NCBI GenBank assembly: GCA_963727775.1
Contig: CAVSHB010000002.1
Span: forward strand, 608,001-672,000
Reading direction: 5' to 3'
DNA: 64,000 nt
Source of the DNA: an uncultured Nitrospiraceae bacterium
Lineage (GTDB): Bacteria; Nitrospirota; Thermodesulfovibrionia; Thermodesulfovibrionales; SM23-35
The notes beneath the pieces are model-generated. The model saw nothing but the letters and a program-made list of their open reading frames with translations, searched no databases and was not told the origin of the DNA. Shown piece by piece: positions 48,618-59,244 of the stretch (position 1 is its first letter; every line of letters starts with the position of its first letter). The position numbers were made by a program, and so were the translations under genes.

Positions 48618-49997
48618 ATGGCTGAAGTAGGCACGGAAGAAAGAGTCAAAGCAAAAGATGTGTTTGATCTTAAGAGAAAACCTGTCGCCGATATAGGATT
48701 TGATGAAACTGTTAAGAGACTCACTCCGGAAAAGATAGAAAAAGCGATTAATGCCGTAATAAATTTAAGGAAAAATGCGGGGAGATTCAAAGCTCCCCTC
48801 GATACCTGCATTCATTGCGCTCTCTGCGCAGAGGCATGCCATTGGTATATGTCTCATGGTAAAGACCCCTCATATGCGCCTGTTGCGAAGGTGAGGATGA
48901 CCCTATGGGAGATGATAAAGAGAAAAGGAAAGGTTAGCCCTGAATTCATGAAACAGGCTGCGCGGATTGTCTTTGCAGAATGCAATCTCTGCAGGCGTTG
49001 CAGCATGTACTGTCCCTATGGGCTCGATATAGCATATCAGCTTGGAATGGTACGCCGCATCTGTTTTCTGCTTGGATTGGTTCCTCAGAATATACTCGAC
49101 CAGGATAACAGCCATTCCGCTACCTTGAATCAGCTATGGATTACCCAGGCTGACTGGATTGACACCATGCAATGGCAGGAGGAGGAGGTAAGAGCTGACG
49201 TAAAGAACGCCCGCGTCCCCGTTGATAAAGAAGGGGCAGATGTCATGTGGTGCCCGCTCGGTACGGAGCCGAAAATAGCTACTTATCATATTGCCCGTAC
49301 TGCCAAGATCATGAATGTTGCCGGAATTGACTGGACGGTCGCATCCATGGATGGCTGGGATTGTGCCAATATGGCAATGTTCATCCGCGACATGGAGACG
49401 ATGCAGAGGGTTGTAAGAGGGATTTATGAAAATGCCATGAAGCTGAAGATCAAACGAATAGTACTGACTGAGTGAGGGCATCCACTGAATGCCACATGTT
49501 ATGTGGCACCGCCTCTCTTAGGATGGAAAGAAAGCCCGATTGAGACCCTTCATCCCATTGAGTTCTACTATGAACTTGTCACTACGGGAAAGATAAAAAT
49601 AGACAAGAGCAAGAAAATCAAGGGCCCTGTTACCATTCAGGATCCCTGTAACCTGGTAAGGTTGCGAGGTGCAGGAGAAAAGCTCCGGTATCTTGTAAAC
49701 GAAACCTGTGATGGTATTGTTGAAATGCATCCCAACCGTGGGCATAATTATTGCTGTAACGCCGGCGGCGGCGGAGCCGCTATTGGTCAACCGTGGAGAA
49801 ACAACAGGTGTGAAGGCAATAGCATTAAGGCTAAACAGATAATAGAAACAGGGTGTCACACCATCGTGACACCCTGCCATAACTGCTATACCGGCATTAA
49901 CGATATCTTGAAGTATTATAGTATCGATGGCCATGGCAAGTTTATGGATGAGTTAATAACTGAAACAATGGTAGTTCCAGACGAATTTACACCGTGA
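48618..49997 (+). CDS. tmcB: TmcB/HmcF (HdrD/DsrK-like) Fe-S CCG protein, 459 aa, probable selenocysteine at codon 286
   Basis: Two CxxCxxCxxxC motifs; ORFs 48618-49475 and 49503-49997 are in frame; TE-TGA-GH corresponds to ECGH; QDPC, YCC, PCHNC downstream. Confidence 0.8.
49473..49508 (+). promoter_or_regulatory. UGA plus bacterial SECIS-like hairpin
   Basis: TGA, 14 nt, then perfect stem TGCCACAT-GTT-ATGTGGCA; loop begins with GU, 22 nt from the UGA. Confidence 0.7.
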
Positions 49998-50022
49998 CAA
50001 GAACCCAGGAAGGGATACCGTT

Positions 50023-51720
50023 ATGACTAAAAAGTTATTGTTCTTCGTATTGTGTGCATGTTTTCTGTTCTTAATTGCCAGCGGATTGCGCGCAGTCTAT
50101 TCTGTAGAGAGTCCTGTAAAGGAACAAAAGGCGCTTGAAAGCAAGCCTGCCGTTAAAACAGATAATAAGCTTGCGATCGCTCACACGGAAATCTTCGGTG
50201 AGTTGGAGCGGCCGCAGGTAATTTTTGACCATCAGAAACATGTCGAGGCCCTGAAAAAGGAGGGCAAGAAAGAGGCAGAAACGTGTACGAAATGCCATCC
50301 TGTCGACGAGGAAAAGGACCTCATCCTGTTTAGTTTTCCCAAGAAGGTAAAGGGCAAGGACAAAGATGCGGTGATGCACGCCTACCATGACGAATGTATT
50401 ACCTGTCATAAAGAGAAGAGGATAGAAAAGAAAAAGGCAGGTCCCGTCATCTGCGCGGATTGTCATATCGAGAAGCTCCGATACGTAAAGCCCGATCATC
50501 CGGTATTTGAATTTGATTATCAAGTCCATGATAACCATGATAAGAAGCTCAAAGAGAGAAACATTAAGGAGACCTGTGATCGCTGTCATCATATCTATGA
50601 TGAAGAATTAGTTTACGAAAGAGGAAAAGAATGGTCCTGCTACTATTGCCACGATACCTCAAAGAAAACAGGCCCGGTATTGGCTGCTGCGACACGGATT
50701 ACTAAAAAGAAGGATTTTACCATAAGAAAAGTTTCACACGTTAGATGTCTCAACTGCCACCTGTATTTTACTCTGACGGAGAAACCTGATCCGACGGGGA
50801 AGAAAAAAGCGGGTCCTCTTGTCTGTGATAAATGTCATATCGGCAAATATAGAACAGTTGCCGAACTCGAAAAGGTTCCGCGGCCTGACGCTGGTCAGCC
50901 GAAACAGCCTTTCATACATATAGAAAATGCCAAGCTGAAGGGTGTAATGTTTGACCACAAGACTCATGAAACTAATTCCAAGACTTGCAGAGGCTGTCAT
51001 CATGAAACATTGAATGCCTGTAAGGAGTGCCACGATATTACTGGTGACGCTAAAGGAAAGTGGGTCAATACCGCAAATGCATATCATGATATATTTTCCG
51101 GAAAAAGCTGTGCCGGCTGCCATGGGATTAAGAAACAAGAGAAAGATTGCGTGGGCTGTCATCATGCGATATTACCGATGAACCTGGAGACAAACGGTCC
51201 GAAGAAAGAGACCTGCGCCCTCTGTCATACGGGGAAAAAGGAAGGCATTCCCAAGCCGCAAAAACTCTCTACGGCTGAACTCGCTAAGGAACTTGATAGA
51301 GAAAAAGTCAAAAAAGAGGTTGAGGTGAAGGTTCTGGAGAAGGAATTTAAGCCGGCCAAATTCCCCCATTTCAAGATGATCGAGAGGATGGTCAAAATAT
51401 CAAATGACAGCGGTCTGGGGTCTTATTTCCATGCGAAGATGCAGACTATCTGCGACGGGTGCCATCATCAGAGCCGCGCGGAAGCTGAAGCAAAGAAAAA
51501 TACTCCGCCGTTGTGCAGAAACTGCCATTCGATAACTTTTGATCCTCTGCACATGAACAGGCCGCGCCTGCTCGCAGCTTATCATCGCCAGTGTATCAGC
51601 TGTCATGAGAAGATGAAGCTTGAAAAGCCGAAACAATGTAAAGAATGCCATGAAAAGAAAGCTGTGAGGCCCAAATATGTCATTCCGAAACCTTTGGGCT
51701 ACGACGACCTGTTAAAGTAA
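50023..51720 (+). CDS. hmcA: 16-heme high-molecular-weight cytochrome c
   Basis: Signal/anchor sequence, exactly 16 CxxCH motifs in c3-type modules (FDH..H, AYH..C). Confidence 0.88.
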   Translation: MTKKLLFFVLCACFLFLIASGLRAVYSVESPVKEQKALESKPAVKTDNKLAIAHTEIFGELERPQVIFDHQKHVEALKKEGKKEAETCTKCHPVDEEKDLILFSFPKKVKGKDKDAVMHAYHDECITCHKEKRIEKKKAGPVICADCHIEKLRYVKPDHPVFEFDYQVHDNHDKKLKERNIKETCDRCHHIYDEELVYERGKEWSCYYCHDTSKKTGPVLAAATRITKKKDFTIRKVSHVRCLNCHLYFTLTEKPDPTGKKKAGPLVCDKCHIGKYRTVAELEKVPRPDAGQPKQPFIHIENAKLKGVMFDHKTHETNSKTCRGCHHETLNACKECHDITGDAKGKWVNTANAYHDIFSGKSCAGCHGIKKQEKDCVGCHHAILPMNLETNGPKKETCALCHTGKKEGIPKPQKLSTAELAKELDREKVKKEVEVKVLEKEFKPAKFPHFKMIERMVKISNDSGLGSYFHAKMQTICDGCHHQSRAEAEAKKNTPPLCRNCHSITFDPLHMNRPRLLAAYHRQCISCHEKMKLEKPKQCKECHEKKAVRPKYVIPKPLGYDDLLK

Positions 51721-51732
51721 GGAGAAGAGAAA

Positions 51733-51849
51733 ATGCATCTTTATATTTTTGAACAATTGTTTACGCCAAAAGGTTATGAGTACATGATAGCAGTCTTGGC
51801 TGCATTTGTATTCATTTTTTTCTATTCCGTTTTGAGCACGAAGAGATAA
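51733..51849 (+). CDS. hmcD: HmcD-like 38-aa single-TM subunit (not in ORF track)
   Basis: MHLYIFEQLFTPKGYEYMIAVLAAFVFIFFYSVLSTKR; purine-rich RBS; position within the operon. Confidence 0.7.
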   Translation: MHLYIFEQLFTPKGYEYMIAVLAAFVFIFFYSVLSTKR

Positions 51850-51871
51850 TAATTGGCACGGAGGCTAATCT

Positions 51872-52867
51872 ATGGGAATTAGCAGGAGAAATTTTTTTGG
51901 GCGTGTGGCTACCATTGCCGGAACTGCCATACTCGGCAGAAGCACAACAGCCCATGCATTGAATACGGCAAATGAAAGAAACTGGAATCTGTGGTATAAG
52001 AAACTGCCGCCTGTAAGTGAAGAGCGTTACGGTGTACTCGTCGACACAACTGTCTGTATCGGATGTAGGAGGTGTGAGTGGGCGTGTAACGAGTGGAACA
52101 AGAATCCAAACCCGCCGATAGAAGAGTTTGAAACTTCAGTAAACCAGAAGAGCTCTGTTTTCGATACTGTAAGAAGGATGCATGCGGAAAACTTTACGGT
52201 GGTAAACCGGTTTATAAGTCCTAAAGACGGAAAACCTATATATGTAAAAAGGCAGTGCATGCATTGCGAGGATCCGGGATGTCTGTCGTCATGCTTTGTT
52301 GATGCTTACAGGAAGACAAAAATGGGGCCGGTTTTGTATGGCCAGGGTCTTTGCGTCGGATGCCGTTACTGTATGGTTGCCTGCCCTTTTGATGTTCCTG
52401 CTTATGAATACAATGAACCTCTTAATCCGCAGATTACCAAATGCACTTTCTGTTTCGACAGAATTACCGTAGGCAGTGTGCCGGCTTGTGTTGAGATCTG
52501 TCCGGCCCAGGTGATGACATTCGGGAAAAGGAGTGACCTGATTAACCTTGCCCATAAACGGATTATAGATAATCCGGGCAAATATGTTGATCATATTTAC
52601 GGGGAACATGAAGTCGGCGGAACAAGCTGGATGTATCTATCTTCTGTCCCCTTTGAGCAAATTGGCTTTAAAACAAGTCTTCCGGAGGCAACGGTACCCA
52701 GTCTCAGTAAAGGGTATCTCTTCGGGGTAAAGATGTTCGAAGTAATCGGTGCATGGCCACTGGTCTTTGGGGCTTATTATGCGATATCAAAGGCTCGCAA
52801 GAAAACAAAAGGTAGCGATGAAGCATCTTCTGAGCAGAAAGGAGAAGGCCATGGCGCAAAACACTAA
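51872..52867 (+). CDS. hmcB: HmcB/HybA-like Tat-exported 4x[4Fe-4S] protein
   Basis: SRRNFF Tat motif, four Cys clusters, YGEHEVGGTSW, C-terminal TM. Confidence 0.88.
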   Translation: MGISRRNFFGRVATIAGTAILGRSTTAHALNTANERNWNLWYKKLPPVSEERYGVLVDTTVCIGCRRCEWACNEWNKNPNPPIEEFETSVNQKSSVFDTVRRMHAENFTVVNRFISPKDGKPIYVKRQCMHCEDPGCLSSCFVDAYRKTKMGPVLYGQGLCVGCRYCMVACPFDVPAYEYNEPLNPQITKCTFCFDRITVGSVPACVEICPAQVMTFGKRSDLINLAHKRIIDNPGKYVDHIYGEHEVGGTSWMYLSSVPFEQIGFKTSLPEATVPSLSKGYLFGVKMFEVIGAWPLVFGAYYAISKARKKTKGSDEASSEQKGEGHGAKH

Positions 52868-54068
52868 TTCTTGGGTCAGAGAGAAGATATTCCTTGGTAT
52901 GTCGAACCGAGACTATATTGCCAGTATTGCCACCCCATGGAATTTTCTTGCAGCTATCATTCTGTTCTTTGCAGTTGGCGTAATGATTTGGAGACTCTTT
53001 TTCGGACTTGGGGCAACGACAAATCTTTCTGATGATTATCCTTGGGGGTTATGGATAGGATTTGACATACTTGTCGGAATCGCCCTTGCGGCTCCGGGTC
53101 TTACCCTCGGGACAGCGGTTCATCTTTTCGGGATGAAGAAATATAGTCATTTTGTACGTCCGGCTATTCTTTCAAGCATGCTCGGATATATTTTCGCCGT
53201 AATTGCGCTTCTCTTCGACCTCGGTCGTTATTATCGTATGCCATATCTCTTGGGCGGGTCATGGGGATTTTCCTCTATCCTGTTCCTGATAGGCTGGCAT
53301 TTCTTTCTGTATATCAATATTTGCCTTATCGAATGGAGCCCCGCTCTGTTTGAATGGCTGAATCTGAGAAATCTCCGTGAATTCTTTAATAAACTGGCTA
53401 TCTGGGCTACTATTTTCGGGGTAATCATAGCGGGTGGCCATCAGTCTGCTCTCGGCGGTTTGTATCTTCTTGCCCAGAGCAAACTTCATCCGCTCTGGTA
53501 TTCGAAACTATTACCTGTTTTTTTCCTTCTGTCGGCGATCTTTGCTGGCATAGCCATGGTGATTGTTGAAAGCACGATTACCCATCGTGTTTTTAAAAGC
53601 CAGGTTAAGGACTTTAGTCAGCCTGATTTTGACAGGCTGACCATCGGTCTCGGTAAGGGTGCAGCGTCTGCCATGGTCATTTACCTTATACTGAAAATGC
53701 TCGGTGTCGCCGATGCCGACAATTGGGAGTACTTGAACACCCCGTACGGCTACTGGTTCTTAGTGGAACTCCTCGGCTTTGTCCTCTTTCCGGTTTTCCT
53801 CTTTACCTCTGCCGCCAGAAACGATAATGCCAAACTTGCCCGGATTGCGGGTTTCATTACCGTCTTCGGCGTTATATTAAACCGGCTGAATGTATCTGTT
53901 ATTGCTTATAACTGGGATCTTCCCGCCTCGTCGCTCAGATATTATCCGAGATGGTCTGAGATTGCACTAACCTTAGGAGTTGTTACTATGATCATATTAG
54001 CTTATCGCTGGATTGTGAACAGGATGGCTATTATGCACGAACATCCTGAATATGAGTCAGAGCATTAA
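52851..54068 (+). CDS. hmcC: HmcC/HybB NrfD-family membrane protein
   Basis: TNLSDDYPWGLW, DLGR, HQSALG, KLHPLW, LNRLN; start MAQN at 52851. Confidence 0.88.
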   Translation: MAQNTNSWVREKIFLGMSNRDYIASIATPWNFLAAIILFFAVGVMIWRLFFGLGATTNLSDDYPWGLWIGFDILVGIALAAPGLTLGTAVHLFGMKKYSHFVRPAILSSMLGYIFAVIALLFDLGRYYRMPYLLGGSWGFSSILFLIGWHFFLYINICLIEWSPALFEWLNLRNLREFFNKLAIWATIFGVIIAGGHQSALGGLYLLAQSKLHPLWYSKLLPVFFLLSAIFAGIAMVIVESTITHRVFKSQVKDFSQPDFDRLTIGLGKGAASAMVIYLILKMLGVADADNWEYLNTPYGYWFLVELLGFVLFPVFLFTSAARNDNAKLARIAGFITVFGVILNRLNVSVIAYNWDLPASSLRYYPRWSEIALTLGVVTMIILAYRWIVNRMAIMHEHPEYESEH

Positions 54069-54106
54069 ATTCAACTATCTTGCGGCAGGTAAAATTCTTT
54101 AAAAGG

Positions 54107-54136
54107 TAGTGCAGGGGGGTGTCCCCCCTTGCACTA
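54107..54136. terminator. Hairpin between convergent genes
   Basis: TAGTGCAGGGGGG-TGT-CCCCCCTTGCACTA. Confidence 0.7.
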
Positions 54137-54164
54137 TGATTTCTGTTTCGTAGATACGTGTTCC

Positions 54165-54563
54165 TTAGTTCTTAGGTTCCGGTTTCTTGGATTCCAGCCC
54201 AACCTGCTTTAAGGCGATACTGTTGGCTATATTCCTACCAGAAGACTTTGTAAACTTTACAACCGCCTTGTCGCCTGCTTTTATATCAGCTATAGTTTTC
54301 TTTTCGTTTTCTTTCGTGATTTTTGTCTTATCGTCGACAGCGACATTTGTCTCTATTACTCTGTTTCCCACTTTCTTTGTAACGGTAATTGATTTAGAAA
54401 CAGCATTGACTGCTTTGATTTCACCCGTAATTTGCTGTATTTTGGTCGCAGCCGGCAGCGAAGATGGAACCGGCTCTGTTTTTTTCTCGCCGGACGCAAA
54501 AGCCATCGAAGCTACAACAATTATAGCGATTACAGATAATAAAAAAAGTTTGACATCCTTCAT
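54165..54563 (-). CDS. Exported Lys-rich OB-fold-like hypothetical protein
   Basis: Signal peptide ending AFA, GEIKAV...DIKAGDKAVV; RBS AGGAGG. Confidence 0.7.
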   Translation of the reverse strand: MKDVKLFLLSVIAIIVVASMAFASGEKKTEPVPSSLPAATKIQQITGEIKAVNAVSKSITVTKKVGNRVIETNVAVDDKTKITKENEKKTIADIKAGDKAVVKFTKSSGRNIANSIALKQVGLESKKPEPKN

Positions 54564-54799
54564 TAAGATCACCTCCTTTCATTTAATAATTGTAAGTTTG
54601 TTAGAATAATCATTTTTTCTTGCAGGCTCAATACTCAAAAAATTCTAAGCTTAATTTTCATAAATATTATACTTTTTATATGGAATTTTCAATGTTTTGT
54701 TTTATGGGTTTTCTCGCTGACGAATTCATTCCTATTGAGCAATTGTGTTTGGGCTGCCGGCAGGTTTATCTCCTACTGACCGGCAAGAAAAAACCATCT

Positions 54800-55948
54800 C
54801 TACCATCGCAAATTTTTTAGGACAAGCGGAGCAAGAATAGTGGTCATCAAAGACATAAGCACTATCGACACATAGATGTCCTGGCTTATAATATTCGAGG
54901 TCAGGCCTATCAATGCGACTATCATTGCGACCTCTCCCCTTGGAGACATCCCAAATCCGATAGCTATCGATTCTTTATTATTGAATCCGACCAGTCGTGA
55001 GGCGGACCCGCAGCTTATAATCTTTGTCAATATGGCAGTAAAAAGCAGGGCCAGAAAGAAAGGCAGGATATGAGGTGTCAATTCTTTAAGATTTGCCAGT
55101 ATACCAAGGCTTATGAAAAATATAGCTCCAAAGATCACTTTTAGGTACTCTGCCCCTTCTTTTAAATCCTTGCTGTTTTTAGTCCTTATACCCTCCAATA
55201 CTGCTCCTGAGAGAAAGGCGCCGACAATCGCCGACAGGCCGATTATCTCGGCAACGGATGCATACAAGAAACAAAACATAATTGATGTGATGAACAAAAA
55301 ATGAGGATGCTTTGTCGCAAATCTCATCTTGTCCAACTGTAAAAATAATTTCTTGATGTACGGCGCAGCAAAGATTCCTGCAATCAGAAAGACTACTGCC
55401 TTAGTCGCCGTTGTAAAAATATACGCAACCGCCGTGCTCTCTGCTCTTATAGACCGTATGGAGATCGACAGTGCCAGAAGGCCGAGGACATCATCTATTA
55501 CCGCTGCCCCGATTATCGCACGTGCCGTGGAGGTGTCCAATTTTTTCATCTCCTGCAGGACGCCTGCGGTAACTGCGATGCTTGTCGCCGTTAAAGCAAC
55601 ACCGATAAACATTGATTCCCTGAAGCCGTAGCCGAAGAAATGGCCCAGTAGATAACCTGCTATCCACGGGAAAATAATCCCGACGAGCGCAATGAAGAGG
55701 TATTTCAATCTGTAAACTTCTCTAATCCTGAATTCCATGCCTACTGCAAACAGAAGGATTATCGCCCCGAGATGTGCCAGCATCTTTATTGCATCAGTAT
55801 ATTTAACCAGGGAAAGGAAACTCGGACCGATTATTATTCCAATGATTATTATTCCTACGACTGCAGACTGGTTGATTCTCGATGCCAGCAGATAACCTGC
55901 GATCGCAAACAGTAGGACTATACTTATTTGTAATTCAATGGTTGACAT
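54800..55948 (-). CDS. CPA2 cation/H+ antiporter
   Basis: TATSIAV, AAVIDD, GAF, GMSPRGE. Confidence 0.9.
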   Translation of the reverse strand: MSTIELQISIVLLFAIAGYLLASRINQSAVVGIIIIGIIIGPSFLSLVKYTDAIKMLAHLGAIILLFAVGMEFRIREVYRLKYLFIALVGIIFPWIAGYLLGHFFGYGFRESMFIGVALTATSIAVTAGVLQEMKKLDTSTARAIIGAAVIDDVLGLLALSISIRSIRAESTAVAYIFTTATKAVVFLIAGIFAAPYIKKLFLQLDKMRFATKHPHFLFITSIMFCFLYASVAEIIGLSAIVGAFLSGAVLEGIRTKNSKDLKEGAEYLKVIFGAIFFISLGILANLKELTPHILPFFLALLFTAILTKIISCGSASRLVGFNNKESIAIGFGMSPRGEVAMIVALIGLTSNIISQDIYVSIVLMSLMTTILAPLVLKNLRW

Positions 55949-56029
55949 GCGTCTTCAATTTTACTACATATCGGCTTTTTGTGTTCTTCCGAGAATTATG
56001 AGGGAGGATGTGTTAAATAGAATTGTCCA

Positions 56030-56059
56030 TATACACGCAGGCTGAAGCCTGCGTGTATA
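56030..56059. repeat. REP-like palindrome, second copy
   Basis: TATACACGCAGGCT-GA-AGCCTGCGTGTATA, 14-bp arms. Confidence 0.65.
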
Positions 56060-56557
56060 CGAAATAATGTCTGAAGAACCCTGAAAATGGTGGGGGCATT
56101 TAAATTCTGTACCTGGAACATGGGAAGGGTACGATGCACATGAAAGAATTTAAAGGACCCCGTAAGAAGGTTTGAAAGTTACTGTATTAGTGTCCTCCTG
56201 ATACTACACGTTACTTCACATTAATAGCCGACTTGCTTAGACTTAATCATTACAGCTACGAGAAATACAACACATACTATACGTATGACACCAATCACAT
56301 TGCATATAGTATTAGACAATATTCTCCTCACCCCAGGTAAACTTAATAAATACTTCCCATGGAATTATGACAAGCCGCTTGTACTTAACAGTACCGTTAT
56401 CTTTAATCTTTCTCACACAAGTAAATCTACTGTCGTCTTCCTTCTTAATCCAACCTCTCGCAGCCCATGCTCTAAGAACTGGCATCTCGGAATAATTTTC
56501 TTTTCTAAGAACCTCGGCGAGCTTGTGCCGATATATACCTATCCATTCGTCATCTAG

Positions 56558-58260
56558 GAGTCTGTCGGACTTGAATTGCTGTTTTTGACAGCGGTTGGAA
56601 TCCGAGAGAGTCGATTGTAGTTATTTTTCATGATTTGATCGTCTGTCATCGGTTCTTTCCTGCCGGTGTTTTGTTGGATACATTATGCCATCGCCATTTT
56701 CAGGCGCCTACCTGGCTGTTCCTCAATGCATGCAGCCTTTTGATGTTCCATGCAATGCAGATCATATCCCACTCGCCATTGACTGCAGTAAAACCACGCA
56801 ACAGGAATCGGTCAAATCCCATAGCTGCCTTGATTACCCCAAACGCCGGCTCCACAGTACTCTTGCGTATCGCATAAATTGCCTTACCGGCAACTGTCTT
56901 CAACCGATGTTTCATTCTTGTCACTGCATCAGCATCAACCGGCAATGGAGGCGGTTCGACGAATCGCTCCCATAAAGGCTGATTATGACTCTGCCGATCT
57001 ACTGCTATATATGGCTCTATTCCTTTGCTCTCACATTCTTGCACATTTGCTTCGCTGTAATACCCGCTGTCGGCTATTATAGTTTTTACTTTGCCAAGTT
57101 GTTCGGGCAGATATGTAAGCGCTTCAAGCGCTGGTTTCATCTGCTGTTTGTCATTGGATTGTTGTGTTACATGCGTTGCGACAATAAGCATTGTTTCTGT
57201 ATCCACGGCTGCTTGAGCATTATAAGCCTGCTTGAATCCTCCACCCGATGCCGGCATTATGCGAGATTCTTCATCGGTCAGATTGACCTGATCTTTGTCA
57301 GTTGGCCCGGCTGCAGGCGGCTTGGGTCCTTTGCCTCGGGGTTTCTTGCCGCTCTGCTTTTGTTTGGCTACACGCTCTGCCTGTTTCTTTTCACTGTCGG
57401 CTTGTTCCATTGCATGCCGCTCTGCCGCACGGCGCTCTATCTCAGCTTTTGCTTCAGCTATCATTTTCAGCCGCTTCTCTCGCCGCTCCAGCTCTTCCGG
57501 GATGTTCATGCCGTCAGGAATGTCAGCTTTGTCAGCAGCCTCAGCTTTCTTCATCAGTTCCGCCACTTCCACTTTCAACTTATTCTCTATTTTGCATGCA
57601 TGCCCGTAGCTCAACGCCTTGTGCTTTGAGGCATTGGCTTTCATTTTGGTCCCATCCAAGCTGACCGTGCCTAACTTCAATACCCCGGTTTCTGCTGCTA
57701 TCATTAGTATCTGCACAAACAGTTCTTTCAGCTTAGGCAAAAACCGACGTCGAAAGGTTGCTATTGTGTCATGGTCAGGGTGACTGTTGGCTGCCACATA
57801 CCGGAATGCTACAGAGTCGTACGTGCTACGCTCTAATTGCCTGCTCGAAAAGACTCCCGTCGCATATCCGTAAAATAATAATGCCACCAGCATCTCAGGG
57901 CTGTATGCCTCACTGCCTCGTCCTGCATAATCATTTTTCAACCGGTCAAGATTAAGCTGATCCACTATCTCTACGACAAATCTCGCCAAGTGACCCTCGG
58001 GCAACCATTCCTGCACCGACGGCGGAAATAAATATATCGTCTCTCTGTCACATTGTTTGAACATTATGCTGATCTCCTGTTGTTCATTCTTATGCCGCTT
58101 GTCTATTATGCCATAAGGAACGCCCATGCAGGTCTGTCGGACTTAGATAATTACAGGCCGAAAAGATTTCTGCTGCCCAGTTTGCAATAAAGGTTCTTAA
58201 GAGACTGCCGTGTCCTTCAAGAAGTAAACTTTTCAGAAATGTTGAAAGTCCGACAGACTC
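56558..58260 (-). mobile_element. IS1182-family insertion sequence, 1703 bp
   Basis: 15-bp perfect terminal IRs GAGTCTGTCGGACTT; CTAG duplicated at 56554-56557 and 58261-58264. Confidence 0.9.
56700..58064 (-). CDS. IS1182-family DDE transposase
   Basis: LFPPSV.EWLP.GHLA, PDHDTI..FR, DGTK..ANAS, ADSGY, RK.TVEP.FG.IK. Confidence 0.92.
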   Translation of the reverse strand: MFKQCDRETIYLFPPSVQEWLPEGHLARFVVEIVDQLNLDRLKNDYAGRGSEAYSPEMLVALLFYGYATGVFSSRQLERSTYDSVAFRYVAANSHPDHDTIATFRRRFLPKLKELFVQILMIAAETGVLKLGTVSLDGTKMKANASKHKALSYGHACKIENKLKVEVAELMKKAEAADKADIPDGMNIPEELERREKRLKMIAEAKAEIERRAAERHAMEQADSEKKQAERVAKQKQSGKKPRGKGPKPPAAGPTDKDQVNLTDEESRIMPASGGGFKQAYNAQAAVDTETMLIVATHVTQQSNDKQQMKPALEALTYLPEQLGKVKTIIADSGYYSEANVQECESKGIEPYIAVDRQSHNQPLWERFVEPPPLPVDADAVTRMKHRLKTVAGKAIYAIRKSTVEPAFGVIKAAMGFDRFLLRGFTAVNGEWDMICIAWNIKRLHALRNSQVGA

Positions 58261-59244
58261 CTAGGATTTGCCCATATAGTTCTCGTTCACTTTTATTCTT
58301 GAAATAACTCTCATTTGCCGATATCCAGGATGTTACAAAATCCATCGCTCTGGTCGGAAGATCTCCTTTATCTTTAGGCATCCGCTTGAACTATGTTGAA
58401 TACACGATAAATGTTCTCAGTGTCTGCTTTGTTACCTAGGCCGAGAATCCTGTGCACAAGATCCGCGGCAACCTTGATGACGGCAAAATAATGTGACATT
58501 CTATCTCCGACTTCTGACCCTGCTTCCCTTGAGAGTTCCTGCTGATATCTCTTGAACTCTTTTTTCAATTTGTGCAGCTCCCCAGGATTCTCAACGACCG
58601 CCAGAAGGCCATCTATGTATCTTGACCCTGCGTGACCATAATTCTCCCGGACAAGTTGCTTGAACTCATTGATGAATGCGCCCTTCGCATTGGCAAACGG
58701 CGATCCGTAAAGCTCAATGGTCCGCGCTCTTGCGCCTCCGAAGGTGGTACAATCGGTGAGCTTCCGCTCTCCAGTTGAGAAAACGACTGTCCGCCACGTC
58801 CTGAGGTGTTGTATAGCGGTAAGAGATCCTCTACCCTTTCCGGCTCCATTCGCAAGCTGATAAAGCATCTTCTACATTTTCTTGTCTTCTACATTTTGTG
58901 AATCATCGGGGAAAATAGGCATATCGCAATAGAAAGCGGCCAAGCGCTCCAAGAATACCCGCGTCGAATCCCATCCGAATACTAGACCTCCATTCTCTTT
59001 GTAAGGATTACCCCAAACACTTGAAGCGAGCTCAAGCACTGTAGTCTTGCCCACTGAGGTATTACCCCAGAAATGGAGCACACACAGAATAAATTTATTC
59101 CCGATGTGAACAAAATCTCTCCCCACATAACATCTTCCCCAGGATAACCGAGACTTCCTATTGTCTGGGGCGTGAAGGGCTATGGTAGATTTGAGCAATC
59201 CATATGACCTTGCATCTTCCTATCAAGATTAGTTAATTTCAAAT

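Larger units (their letters stand above)
56312..59100 (-). pseudogene. DUF927 (phage/ICE Cch-like helicase) pseudogene, frameshifted and IS-interrupted
   Basis: HFWGNTSVGKTT Walker A, LYQLANG.GKGRG, W.TVVFSTGE, NYGHAG; frame continues GQILDDEW across the IS target. Confidence 0.72.

Noticed and set aside
48618..49997. tmcB as two genes or as a nonsense pseudogene
   Set aside because: The stop falls exactly on a conserved Cys, the frame continues, a SECIS-like hairpin follows and the second ORF has no RBS. Disfavoured rather than excluded.
59135..59160. dif/Xer site interpretation of the direct-repeat core
   Set aside because: Lacks the TTATG-type XerD arm
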